Source of the DNA: a virus
Reading direction: 5' to 3' (one strand)
Virus record (IMG/VR): IMGVR_UViG_2651869525_000001
Coordinates: 1 to 37,583 of that record
DNA length: 37,583 bases
Shown in pieces: positions 1 to 7,991 of the stretch (its first letter is position 1; each line of letters opens with the position of its first letter). A model generated the notes under the pieces. The model saw only the letters and a program-made list of their open reading frames with translations. It was not told the DNA's origin and searched no databases. The translations under genes were made by a program, and so were the position numbers.

Positions 1-101
1 ACTTTTTTATTATATAAACTATCTTCTAAACTTAATTGTTTATCATCTTTTCTATATAACCACATTTCATTTTCATTTTTATAATATGGTGATTTTTTAA
101 A
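1..101. repeat. Terminal direct repeat, copy 1 (assembly overlap of a circular or terminally redundant genome)
   Basis: Positions 1..101 (acttttttattatataaact...ggtgattttttaaa) are identical to 37483..37583, checked base by base. Confidence 0.95.
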
Positions 102-167
102 TCTAATATCATAATCATTAAAGTTTATATGTGGAGATAGTTTTTTTACAAATTCGTCAAAGTGCAT
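1..167 (-). CDS. 5' part of a hypothetical gene that wraps the contig junction (continues at 37583..37296)
   Basis: The frame of ORF 37296..37547 stays open to the window end. After collapsing the repeat it runs back to an ATG at 167..165 (MHFDEFVKKLSPHINFNDYDIRFKKSPYYKNENE then MWLYRK...). That ATG lies 4 nt after the stop of gene 172..495. Confidence 0.7.
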   Translation of the reverse strand, partial: MHFDEFVKKLSPHINFNDYDIRFKKSPYYKNENEMWLYRKDDKQLSLEDSLYNKK

Positions 168-171
168 AATT

Positions 172-495
172 TTAATTTATTATTTTATCTAGTAAAAGTT
201 TACAATTATTAATTTCTTCTTTACAAATATTCATTACTTCTTGACTATTTATTTTTAAACCCCTTTTATATAAATCAGTAAATACAATTATTCCTTCGTT
301 AATCCATAAAAGTTTCTTTATATTTTCATCACATTTACAATCACTGTATCTTATAGGAAAACACTCTAAACAATAATAATAATTATCTATTGCTTCTTTT
401 TCTTTTCCATTTTCCTTAAATTCATAATTACCAGCTAAGAAAAAACCTTTATCTTCTTCTATATCTTTATACAACATATTTTTTAGGTTTTGCAT
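172..495 (-). CDS. Hypothetical Cys-containing protein (107 aa)
   Basis: ORF in the tightly packed minus-strand array; contains YYCLEC and CKCD motifs; no family recognised. Confidence 0.6.
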   Translation of the reverse strand: MQNLKNMLYKDIEEDKGFFLAGNYEFKENGKEKEAIDNYYYCLECFPIRYSDCKCDENIKKLLWINEGIIVFTDLYKRGLKINSQEVMNICKEEINNCKLLLDKIIN

Positions 496-1390
496 TATCT
501 ATTTTTGATTGATTATCAGAAATTTCTAATTGATCAGCTTCTCTATATTTTCCTTTATCAAAAAATAATTTTATATCAGTTCCAGTTCCTCCTTGTCTTG
601 ATATATCTATTCTTAAATTTACAAGTCCTGTATATTCTATTTTTCCATTTACCTTTACACATTCACGCCATAAAAATAAAGTTATATCTGATAATTTAGC
701 AATACTACTACTTTCTGCTAAGTGAAAATGTGTTGGTTGCTCTTCTGCTGGAAGTTTATTTATATGAGATATTAAAAATATAGTTATATTTAATTTTCTA
801 GACATTAGTTTTAAATCTTCCATTACTTCTTGAATTTGTAAATGTTTATTAGCATGTTTTTGATTTTTTTCAATAAAATCTAAGTGGTCTATTACAACTA
901 CCTTAGTTCCATTTTTCAAAAAACTTTCTAAAATTCTATCTTCAAGCCATTCTATGGAAACTCTAGTAAATGATTTTGGTGAATATATCAAAGGAATTTC
1001 ATTTCCATAATATAATTGCTCTCTAATTAATTCTTCTGGTAGTTGCTCTAAAACAATCATACAAGGATTATAAGATTCATATTTTCTCATCAAATCTATT
1101 GCTATTGTGGATTTTCCAGATTTTGTTCCTGCTGATAAAATAACTAAACGCCCTATTTCTATACCACCTCTTAATGCTTCATCAAAAGTATTTAATCCAG
1201 ATATAAGCCTTTCTGGTTCTCCTTGTGCTTTTACTTTTTCTGCTATATTTATCCAAGATTCTATTTTATCTTCTCCTTCATAATATTTTAAAAGACTTAC
1301 TTTTCTTTCTTCAATTATTTTTTTTTGGATTTTATTTTCTGTCTGCTCTTTAAATAATTCTGCTTTTTTTAATATTTCTTTTACTTTCAT
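467..1390 (-). CDS. DnaB-like replicative helicase (RecA-fold P-loop ATPase)
   Basis: Walker A LSAGTKSGKST, Walker B-like VVVIDHLDFI and an IFLISHINK motif, as in the DnaB C-terminal domain. Lies directly downstream of the initiator gene. Confidence 0.75.
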   Translation of the reverse strand: MKVKEILKKAELFKEQTENKIQKKIIEERKVSLLKYYEGEDKIESWINIAEKVKAQGEPERLISGLNTFDEALRGGIEIGRLVILSAGTKSGKSTIAIDLMRKYESYNPCMIVLEQLPEELIREQLYYGNEIPLIYSPKSFTRVSIEWLEDRILESFLKNGTKVVVIDHLDFIEKNQKHANKHLQIQEVMEDLKLMSRKLNITIFLISHINKLPAEEQPTHFHLAESSSIAKLSDITLFLWRECVKVNGKIEYTGLVNLRIDISRQGGTGTDIKLFFDKGKYREADQLEISDNQSKIDNAKPKKYVV

Positions 1391-1392
1391 AT

Positions 1393-2316
1393 CTATTTCA
1401 TTTTCATTTTAATAATTTCATAATTTTTTAATAAATAATATGGTGTATCAAATCTTGATATAAATTTCTTATCTTCTAAACTAGACTCTTCAACTAATTC
1501 TAAACAATAATCAAGCATATTTGATACTTTTTCCACTCCTTTTAACTTAAATAATTCAATAGCACTTTTTCTCTCATTTTCACTTTCTAAAATATTCTTT
1601 GGAATAAAAATGTTATGTTTTTCAAAAATAGATATAATTTCTTTAAATTCATCATTGTTTTCTATGCAATTCTCTTCATAATCATCTTCCCATTTCTTAT
1701 TATTTAAATAAGTTGAAGTCATAGGAATAAATTGTCCTTGATTTTTAATCCATTTATAATCTTTAACTTTTCTATCTTTTATATCTTGAATTATTTTTTT
1801 TTGAGTTTCAATATCTAACTTTAAGAATTTATCTTTACATTTTGGTTTATCCACTCTTCTTTTAGGGTATTCTTTCCAAAAAGAATTAAAATTATTATCT
1901 TTCTCTTCTTCGTTAGAAGAAGTAATATTATATGTATTATTATTTTTAATATTATATGTATTATTATCTTTAACTTTTCTTAATACCCCCCTTTCAGTTT
2001 TCTTAATACCCCCTTTAACTTTTCTTAATACCCCCTTTAAGTTTTTTTGGCTAGCAATATATAGTTTTCTATCAAAATTATCTTCTATTTTACTATCAAT
2101 ATAACCATTGTCTACAAGTTTCTTAATCCATAAACTAATAGAAGTTTCAGATACTTCATATAATTCAGCAAAATATTTATTTGAAGCCCAACAATAACCC
2201 TTTTCATTACAAAGAGCTGTTATTTCTCCATATAATAATTTTGAGTTAGGATTTAGATTTTTATCATATCTAACATTTGCTGGTATTATTGCGTAATAAG
2301 ATTTTTGTTTATCCAT
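1393..2316 (-). CDS. Replication initiator / replisome organiser with N-terminal winged-helix domain (DnaD / phage O-like)
   Basis: The N-terminus YYAIIPANVRYDKNLNPNSKLLYGEITALCNEKGYCWASNKYFAELYEVSETSISLWIKKLVDNGYI is typical of phage replication HTH proteins. The gene carries internal iterons and precedes the helicase. Confidence 0.6.
   Translation of the reverse strand: MDKQKSYYAIIPANVRYDKNLNPNSKLLYGEITALCNEKGYCWASNKYFAELYEVSETSISLWIKKLVDNGYIDSKIEDNFDRKLYIASQKNLKGVLRKVKGGIKKTERGVLRKVKDNNTYNIKNNNTYNITSSNEEEKDNNFNSFWKEYPKRRVDKPKCKDKFLKLDIETQKKIIQDIKDRKVKDYKWIKNQGQFIPMTSTYLNNKKWEDDYEENCIENNDEFKEIISIFEKHNIFIPKNILESENERKSAIELFKLKGVEKVSNMLDYCLELVEESSLEDKKFISRFDTPYYLLKNYEIIKMKMK
1924..1967. repeat. 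AT-rich direct repeat (2 x 20 nt AATATTATATGTATTATTAT, period 24), candidate DNA-unwinding element
   Basis: Copies at 1924..1943 and 1948..1967, immediately next to the iterons inside the initiator gene. Confidence 0.6.
1975..2040. repeat. Three iterons TTTTCTTAATACCCCC(C)TTT, candidate origin of replication
   Basis: Copies start at 1975, 1998 and 2020 (22-23 nt period). The C5-6 tract stands out in AT-rich DNA. The repeats encode the repeated peptide GVLRKVK in the initiator. Confidence 0.65.
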
Positions 2317-2420
2317 ATATTTATCTTCTATTAATTACATAATTCCAATATCTTCTAATTTGTTTTACTTCTTCTATATTCATATAGTTTTATAAGTTAA
2401 AATAAACGATTTATAATATC

Positions 2421-2518
2421 GCCTAGAAATTTAAATTACTTTAGTTTTTTCCTAAATTTCACCCACCACTCGTGATAGATGAGTGAAATTCAGGACACGA
2501 GTTAATCTATTCCTAGAC
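2421..2518 (-). promoter_or_regulatory. Structured 5' leader of the minus-strand replication operon
   Basis: On the minus strand 2518..2509 pairs with 2430..2421 (10 bp including G-U pairs). Inside this, an 11-bp helix (2488..2478 with 2467..2457) competes with a 7-bp helix (2502..2496 with 2474..2468). The G-U pairs form only in minus-strand RNA. Confidence 0.45.
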
Positions 2519-2525
2519 TGATATT

Positions 2526-2534
2526 ATTATATCA
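2526..2534 (-). promoter_or_regulatory. Extended -10 promoter TGATATAAT (minus strand) for the replication / early arm
   Basis: Plus-strand attatatca is the reverse complement of TGATATAAT. The predicted start near 2519 coincides with the 5' end of the leader's closing stem. Confidence 0.55.
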
Positions 2535-2535
2535 T

Positions 2536-2575
2536 AAATAAAAAGTCAAGAAATAAAAAGTCAAGAAATAAAAAC
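2536..2575. repeat. Tandem 15-nt repeat AAATAAAAAGTCAAG (2.7 copies) in the divergent control region
   Basis: Perfect copies at 2536..2550 and 2551..2565, plus a partial copy at 2566..2575. On the minus strand each copy carries TTGACT. Confidence 0.7.
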
Positions 2576-2650
2576 TGGGGAAAACTTTGTGTATAAAAAA
2601 TAACATAACTTTTAAAAAATAGTCTTACCTAACAAAAAATAATTAAAATA

Positions 2651-2661
2651 TGTGTTATAAT
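2651..2661 (+). promoter_or_regulatory. Extended -10 promoter TGTGTTATAAT
   Basis: Matches TGnTATAAT. The same 11-mer recurs at 4070 and 8156. Shares the 16 nt TGTTATAATATAAATA with the promoter at 17922. Confidence 0.6.
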
Positions 2662-2689
2662 ATAAATAGTAATTCATAAATGTAATATT

Positions 2690-2992
2690 ATGAAACCTAG
2701 AGTACTTCACCCATTTAGAAATACATTTCTCTCAAAACATCATCTTTTTCCAAAATGTAGAAATTTAAAACAAACATATAATCCTAAGTTTATTTTAAAA
2801 TTATGGAGAGATAAGCATGATTGCTTTCATTATATATTTCTTAATTATACAATAGACGAGATATTGTCAAATTGGTATAAATATAAAAAGTATTCTCAAA
2901 GTGATGATTGGAAGATGTTATTTAATAATTTAGATTTTGAAGAATCTAGAAGATTATTAAAGAGAATGTATAGAATTAAAAGAAAGATATGA
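2690..2992 (+). CDS. Small HNH (His-Me finger)-like protein
   Basis: KHHLFPKCRN...LWRDKHDCFHYIF resembles the short HHxxPxxxGG...H.AWH.LF HNH family (recalled). This is the only ORF in the window ending in TGA, and that TGA is followed directly by TAA. Confidence 0.45.
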   Translation: MKPRVLHPFRNTFLSKHHLFPKCRNLKQTYNPKFILKLWRDKHDCFHYIFLNYTIDEILSNWYKYKKYSQSDDWKMLFNNLDFEESRRLLKRMYRIKRKI

Positions 2993-3014
2993 TAAATAAT
3001 CGTATCTTTTTTTA

Positions 3015-3023
3015 TGGTATAAT
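3015..3023 (+). promoter_or_regulatory. Extended -10 promoter TGGTATAAT; ATG 6 nt downstream (leaderless)
   Basis: TGGTATAAT at 3015..3023. The A of the 3030 ATG is the 7th nt after the hexamer. Confidence 0.55.
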
Positions 3024-3029
3024 ATATTT

Positions 3030-3851
3030 ATGAATAATCAGACAAATACATTTTCAATACCAAATCCACCAAAAGATATTTTTACTAATGTTAGTAATAG
3101 AGTTTTACAAGAAGACCAAATAACATTTTTAATGGAAAAAATAGAATACACAGACGGGATAAAAGTTTTTTATAAAGAAGCTCAATTTCCAAGAAGTGGA
3201 TTTCCTACTCCTGAAGCAATAGACGCTATAAATAAAGTTAAAAGATTATTAGTAAACTCTATAAAACTCAATAAAATAAGCCTTTTTTCTGTATTTGTCT
3301 TAAATAAAAATAAAAATCTTATTGAATGGTTTAATAATGTAGCTTATGAGATAATGTATCCTTTCATAATCAAAGATGAATTTTTAACAAAACCAGCTAG
3401 AGAAATAAAAAATATTTTATCTCCTATTGATGAAAAGTTAGCGACTATTTTAGCTCATCTTGTAGAATATGATGACGCTTATCGTTATAGATTTCAAGAT
3501 ATATTCAGTGAAATAAATTTAATATCTTACTCATATAATCCTTTAAGAGAATTAGGTAGAGTATTAAATATAGCTAAAGATAGAGATTTACAAGGCGTAT
3601 ATAATAAATATATAAACATATATAAAGTTTTAAAAGTTTTATCTTATATACCAGCTTATAAGAAAAAGATAAATAATATTTTATTAGAAATTTATCTTCC
3701 AAATATGAGATTTTCTGAATCTGACTGGTATTGGGTATGTCAAAGAGGAGATTATAAATTTGGAGGACTTACAACAGAAGAAAGATTTGCATATATAGAA
3801 AGTAGAAACTGGACTTTACCAGAGCCTTTTTTAGTAACATTTAATCAATAA
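3030..3851 (+). CDS. Hypothetical protein (273 aa)
   Basis: Long ORF directly after the promoter; no motif recognised. Confidence 0.7.
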   Translation: MNNQTNTFSIPNPPKDIFTNVSNRVLQEDQITFLMEKIEYTDGIKVFYKEAQFPRSGFPTPEAIDAINKVKRLLVNSIKLNKISLFSVFVLNKNKNLIEWFNNVAYEIMYPFIIKDEFLTKPAREIKNILSPIDEKLATILAHLVEYDDAYRYRFQDIFSEINLISYSYNPLRELGRVLNIAKDRDLQGVYNKYINIYKVLKVLSYIPAYKKKINNILLEIYLPNMRFSESDWYWVCQRGDYKFGGLTTEERFAYIESRNWTLPEPFLVTFNQ

Positions 3852-3856
3852 CCTAT

Positions 3857-4069
3857 ATGAAATATATAAGAACCAAAGGAGATAAAATAAAAACTTTTCC
3901 AAATTCTGTTAGTCATTCTTCAAAAGTATCTAAAGAAAGTCTTAAATCAGCTGGATATTATAAAATAGAAAATGGAGAAGTGAAAACTTATGATAAATCT
4001 CATTCATTTAATGTTTATCCACTAAAAACAGATAAAAAACTAATAGAAAAACACTTAAACAATAAATAA
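3857..4069 (+). CDS. Hypothetical protein (70 aa)
   Basis: ORF starting 5 nt after the previous stop, same strand. Confidence 0.5.
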   Translation: MKYIRTKGDKIKTFPNSVSHSSKVSKESLKSAGYYKIENGEVKTYDKSHSFNVYPLKTDKKLIEKHLNNK

Positions 4070-4080
4070 TGTGTTATAAT
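4070..4080 (+). promoter_or_regulatory. Extended -10 promoter TGTGTTATAAT
   Basis: Exact copy of the 11-mer, starting right after the stop at 4067..4069. Followed by AAAAATCAG at 4091..4099. Confidence 0.55.
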
Positions 4081-4157
4081 AAATATGAGGAAAAATCAGA
4101 TAAAATAAGACTTAAATTTAAACACAATTCAAATATATTATTTTAAAAGTAAAACTT

Positions 4158-4775
4158 ATGATAAAAAAATCAGTAAAAAATAAAATAGTTATTCTAGAAT
4201 TTAACACTCGTAAAGAGCAAGGTTTATCAATGTGTAGAATTTCTGAATTTTATGAAGGAAAAACTGGATTTATTGGAAAATACTTTGATTTTGATACATT
4301 TTTAGATAAATATTCAGATAGTAAAGGAAATATAGATTATTTTTCATTTTGGGACGGATTTAATATAATAGGAAAATCTATTTTAGACTTTTCTATAAAA
4401 TTTGCTGGAAAACTAACAAAAAGAGAAACTCAAGTATTAAAATGTATAAAAACTAACACAGAATATCTTATAACTTACACAAAAGGAGATATTATAACTT
4501 TAAGACATGAATTAGCTCACGCTTTATTCTCAACTAACGAAAGATATAGAAAAGCTGTATTAGAAACTCTTAAGGAAATAGACCCTAAATTAAAAAACAA
4601 ATTTGAAACTGGACTTTATAAACTAAACTACAATAAAAAAGTATATCTTGATGAAATAAATGCTTATATAGTCGCAGCAAATAAAAAAGAATTAAATAAA
4701 GAATTTAAAATCTCAATGCAAGAAATAAAACAAATAAAAGCTAAATTAAACAAACTTTATGAAAAATTTATTTAA
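4158..4775 (+). CDS. Hypothetical protein with HExxH motif (possible zinc metallopeptidase)
   Basis: LRHELAHALF contains HELAH; no other signature recognised. Confidence 0.4.
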   Translation: MIKKSVKNKIVILEFNTRKEQGLSMCRISEFYEGKTGFIGKYFDFDTFLDKYSDSKGNIDYFSFWDGFNIIGKSILDFSIKFAGKLTKRETQVLKCIKTNTEYLITYTKGDIITLRHELAHALFSTNERYRKAVLETLKEIDPKLKNKFETGLYKLNYNKKVYLDEINAYIVAANKKELNKEFKISMQEIKQIKAKLNKLYEKFI

Positions 4776-4879
4776 GTCAATAAAAGAAATACTATCTATA
4801 TTTAAAATGTTTATAGAAATAATAATAGATACTATCTTAACTGGAATAAAAGAAATATTTAAAAAGTAAATAAAAAAAT

Positions 4880-5422
4880 ATGGAAAATAATATAAATAAT
4901 GAAAACATATATAAAGGGTCAGGAATATATGGTTTGATAAATCCATATCAAAATGAACTAATTTATGTAGGTCAAGCAAAAAATATTCATAAAAGATATT
5001 TACAACATTGTAGTATTTCAAATAATATAGGAAATAGTAAGATAAAATCTTTTCTTTATGAAACTATAAAAGATAAAAAACTCCCAAAACTTGTTATTTT
5101 AGAAAAAACTATTAATTTAGATGATAGAGAAATGTATTGGATTAAATATTATAGAAATTTAGGTATAGATTTAGCAAACATGAATGATGGTGGAAAAAGT
5201 ATGATTCATACATCTAGAGCTAAAAAAAATAAACCATGGGGAAATAGTTGGTCACCTCTTCAAAGAATATTTATAAATTATAGAGATGCTATAAAGACTT
5301 TAAAAAAAATAGGTAAAGATACTTCAGAATTAGAGTTAAAATTTTTAAAAATACAAGAATTAATAAATAACTTTGGTCGAGATTATTTTAATGATAAATT
5401 ATATAAAAAATATGGAAAATAA
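4880..5422 (+). CDS. GIY-YIG homing endonuclease (free-standing)
   Basis: The N-terminus GIYGLINPYQNELIYVGQAKNIHKRYLQH, then REMYWIKYYR and NMNDGG, matches the GIY-YIG catalytic domain. Confidence 0.8.
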   Translation: MENNINNENIYKGSGIYGLINPYQNELIYVGQAKNIHKRYLQHCSISNNIGNSKIKSFLYETIKDKKLPKLVILEKTINLDDREMYWIKYYRNLGIDLANMNDGGKSMIHTSRAKKNKPWGNSWSPLQRIFINYRDAIKTLKKIGKDTSELELKFLKIQELINNFGRDYFNDKLYKKYGK

Positions 5423-5858
5423 AATAGGTAGACCTACAATATTTACTAAAGAATTAGGAGATTTAATTTGTAGTAAAATAGCAGAAGGAGAGTCTTTGCG
5501 TTCTATTTGCAGAGAAGAAGAAATGCCTAATAAAGCAACTGTATTTAATTGGCTTAGAACAAATAAAGAATTTCTAGACCAATACGAATTAAGTATGGAA
5601 GAAAGGACTATAGCAATGGGTGAAGAAACTATTGAAATATCTGATGATTCTTTAATTTTAGCTCAAGCATCAGACCCTAAATCAGCAGGAGCTATTGTGC
5701 AAGCACAAAAATTAAGAGTTGATACTCGTAAATGGTTAATGTCTAAAATGAAACCAAAGAAATATGGAGATAAACTTGATGTTATGTCAGACGGAAAAGC
5801 TATACAAGGAAATACTATAATATTTAAAGACTTTAAAGATGAAACAGATAATCAATAG
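5412..5858 (+). CDS. Terminase small subunit
   Basis: MENKIGRPTIFTKELGDLICSKIAEGESLRSICREEEMPNKATVFNWL...RVDTRKWLMSKMKPKKYGDK matches a widespread phage TerS family (recalled). I chose the start at 5412 rather than the track's 5373 to minimise overlap with the GIY-YIG gene. Confidence 0.75.
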   Translation: MENKIGRPTIFTKELGDLICSKIAEGESLRSICREEEMPNKATVFNWLRTNKEFLDQYELSMEERTIAMGEETIEISDDSLILAQASDPKSAGAIVQAQKLRVDTRKWLMSKMKPKKYGDKLDVMSDGKAIQGNTIIFKDFKDETDNQ

Positions 5859-7104
5859 TGCCTATAAAGAATTATTTACCACTGATAAAAGATATGTCTT
5901 TCTTCTTGGTGGTCGTGGAGCTGGAAGAAGTACTGTAGCTTCTCAATATGCTTTAGCTAATTTAATCGGTGATAAATATTCTAGAACTGCAATAATGAGA
6001 TATATACTCGGAGATATTCGTAATTCTATTTATCGTGAAATAAAAGATAGAGCGTCAGAGTCAGAAATACTAGATAACATTCAAGTCAATGATAGTCTTA
6101 TGTCTTTATCTTATGGAGCAAATACTATTAATGCTGTAGGATTTAAAAAAAGTAGTGGTGATCAAAAAGCTAAATTAAAATCTCTTGCTAACTATAACTG
6201 TATAATCATAGAAGAAGCAGATGAAATAAGTGAAGAAGATTTTATACAACTTGATGACTCAATAAGAACAGTAAAAGGAGATATTAAGATTATCTTTTTA
6301 CTTAATCCACCGTCAAAATCTCACTGGATAATTAAAAGATTTTTCAATCTATTACCGTCAGAAGCTAAAGACTTTTATATACCAGAGCTTAAGCCAAACA
6401 TGAATGCAACATTCATAAGAACTTCATATAAAGATAATATTAAAAATATTGATGAAGAAACTGTTTTAAGGTATGAGGGATATAAAACAAATAAGCCGGA
6501 CCACTATTACAATATGATAGCTGGACTTATACCAGAAGTAGTAAGAGGAAAAATATTTAGTGGCTGGAATATGATTGATGATGTGCCTTTTAACGCAGAA
6601 CTTATAGGATATGGACTAGACTTTGGATTTACAAATGACCCAGCGTCTATAATAGCAGTATATCGTTATGACGGGGGATATATAGCAGATGAGGTATGTT
6701 ATCAGACAGGACTTTCTAATAAAAAACTTGCTGATTTACTTTCTAATTTACCTAAAGCTGTGGTTGTAGCAGATAGTGCTGAACCTAAGAGTATTGAAGA
6801 AATAAAAACTTATGGAATAACAATAATACCTTGTGAAAAAGGAGCAGACAGTATTAGAAATGGTATTCAACTTATGCAAGGAGTAAAAATATCTGTAACT
6901 AAAAGAAGTCAAAATTTAATAAGAGAATATGAAAATTATAAATGGTGGACTGATAAGAATGGTGAAACTTTAAATGAGGCAGACCCAAGATGTGAAAATC
7001 ATGCAATAGACGCATTACGATATAGACTTGTCGCTTCTCTTAAGACTGCTAACTATAAACCACAACAACTTCAAGCTGAACTTCATCAAGGAAGGTGGAG
7101 ATAG
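5839..7104 (+). CDS. Terminase large subunit (PBSX/XtmB-like)
   Basis: Walker A GGRGAGRST, Walker B IIIEEADE and a C-terminal nuclease region with VVADSAEPK and HAIDALRY. Overlaps the end of TerS. Confidence 0.9.
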   Translation: MKQIINSAYKELFTTDKRYVFLLGGRGAGRSTVASQYALANLIGDKYSRTAIMRYILGDIRNSIYREIKDRASESEILDNIQVNDSLMSLSYGANTINAVGFKKSSGDQKAKLKSLANYNCIIIEEADEISEEDFIQLDDSIRTVKGDIKIIFLLNPPSKSHWIIKRFFNLLPSEAKDFYIPELKPNMNATFIRTSYKDNIKNIDEETVLRYEGYKTNKPDHYYNMIAGLIPEVVRGKIFSGWNMIDDVPFNAELIGYGLDFGFTNDPASIIAVYRYDGGYIADEVCYQTGLSNKKLADLLSNLPKAVVVADSAEPKSIEEIKTYGITIIPCEKGADSIRNGIQLMQGVKISVTKRSQNLIREYENYKWWTDKNGETLNEADPRCENHAIDALRYRLVASLKTANYKPQQLQAELHQGRWR

Positions 7105-7106
7105 CA

Positions 7107-7115
7107 TGTTATAAT
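7107..7115 (+). promoter_or_regulatory. Extended -10 promoter TGTTATAAT
   Basis: Lies immediately after the TerL stop. AAAAATCAG follows at 7125..7133. Confidence 0.5.
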
Positions 7116-7146
7116 AATAATATTAAAAATCAGTAATAATAAAAAT

Positions 7147-7569
7147 ATGTCAAAAGTAGTAAAACCTTTAAAACCAAGTAAAGCACAAAAAGAACACTGG
7201 AAAAAATTAGAAAAATTAAATCCATTTATTAAAAGAATTGAAGAAGAATGTAAACCAGAGCAAGCTATTAATTATATTCGTTTAATTGAAATGCTATCTA
7301 ATGAAATAATGCACTCATCAATAGGAGAAGCTAAGAAACTAAATATAAGTACAATACCAGTAAAAGAAACTAAAGCTGGAGATGATATAAACTATATTAA
7401 ACAACAAAAAGCTTTTGAAATATTAAAAGAAAGTGAAATGTCAGTCGGTAATATTTTAGAAGTATTAGAATATTATTCAAAGATACTTAATAACTTTACT
7501 AACGCTAAGCTTTATAAAGAATTAACATACAAAGAAATATTGCCTAAAAATGCAATCAACTTAGATTAA
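7147..7569 (+). CDS. Hypothetical protein (140 aa)
   Basis: ORF downstream of TerL; no motif recognised. Confidence 0.6.
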   Translation: MSKVVKPLKPSKAQKEHWKKLEKLNPFIKRIEEECKPEQAINYIRLIEMLSNEIMHSSIGEAKKLNISTIPVKETKAGDDINYIKQQKAFEILKESEMSVGNILEVLEYYSKILNNFTNAKLYKELTYKEILPKNAINLD

Positions 7570-7571
7570 AT

Positions 7572-7991
7572 ATGAAAGGAATTTATTTAAGATTAAAACT
7601 TAAAGCAATGAATTGGTTAGTAAAAGACTTAATGTTTTATCCAGAAAAGAATAAATTAATTCAATTTACTACAAAAGGAATATTTATTGGTGGAGAACAG
7701 ATACCAAAAGAAATGGAGAATAAACTAAAAGCAGAAGTAGAGCAATTTAATAATTCATTTCTTAAAACTATATTGATGTATAAACCTAAATATTCTGTTA
7801 TGGAGAATATGTTTATAAGTAATGAAGACGCTATCAATGATGTTTCAATCTTCAAAGGAAGTAAGAAAGAGCAAGCATTTAACAAAGGTATTTTATGGGC
7901 TGTAAGAATGCAAGAAAGTATAATAAATGATTTGTTACCAGCAGACCAAAGAGAAGTTAAATTTTCTCAATATAATCCTTATGACATATAA
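7572..7991 (+). CDS. Hypothetical protein (139 aa)
   Basis: ORF starting 2 nt after the previous stop. Confidence 0.6.
   Translation: MKGIYLRLKLKAMNWLVKDLMFYPEKNKLIQFTTKGIFIGGEQIPKEMENKLKAEVEQFNNSFLKTILMYKPKYSVMENMFISNEDAINDVSIFKGSKKEQAFNKGILWAVRMQESIINDLLPADQREVKFSQYNPYDI

Noticed and set aside
490-699. Track ORFs antisense to longer genes: 490..699+, 4746..5021-, 7661..7885-, 8484..8687-, 11499..11693+, 12871..13071-, 14342..14563-, 20057..20284-, 24972..25277-, 25491..25793-, 35543..35725+, 35839..36111+, 36069..36329+ and 36626..36868+.
   Set aside because: Each lies almost entirely inside, or opposite, a longer ORF with recognisable motifs or consistent operon context. Their Phe/Leu/Ile/Ser-rich low-complexity translations are what the reverse strand of A-rich coding DNA produces.
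2413-2418. Plus-strand TATAAT at 2413..2418 as a further promoter reading into the control region.
   Set aside because: It lacks the TG extension shared by all the other candidates and has no convincing -35. TATAAT alone is expected by chance in DNA this AT-rich.
2401-2520. Possible tRNA or tRNA-like gene in the structured non-coding regions (also 28140..28282 and 35340..35460).
   Set aside because: No GTTCRANNC-type T-loop, no cloverleaf with a 7-bp acceptor stem, and the helix lengths (11 bp, 15-nt loop) do not fit a tRNA.
1924-2575. CRISPR-like array, considered because of the short tandem repeats (iterons, 15-nt repeats).
   Set aside because: The repeats are 15-23 nt, directly adjacent or separated by 1-4 nt with no unique spacers, and no cas genes are present.
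4085-4108. ATG 4 nt after the 4070..4080 promoter.
   Set aside because: It encodes only seven codons (MRKNQIK) before a stop. The real gene starts at 4158.
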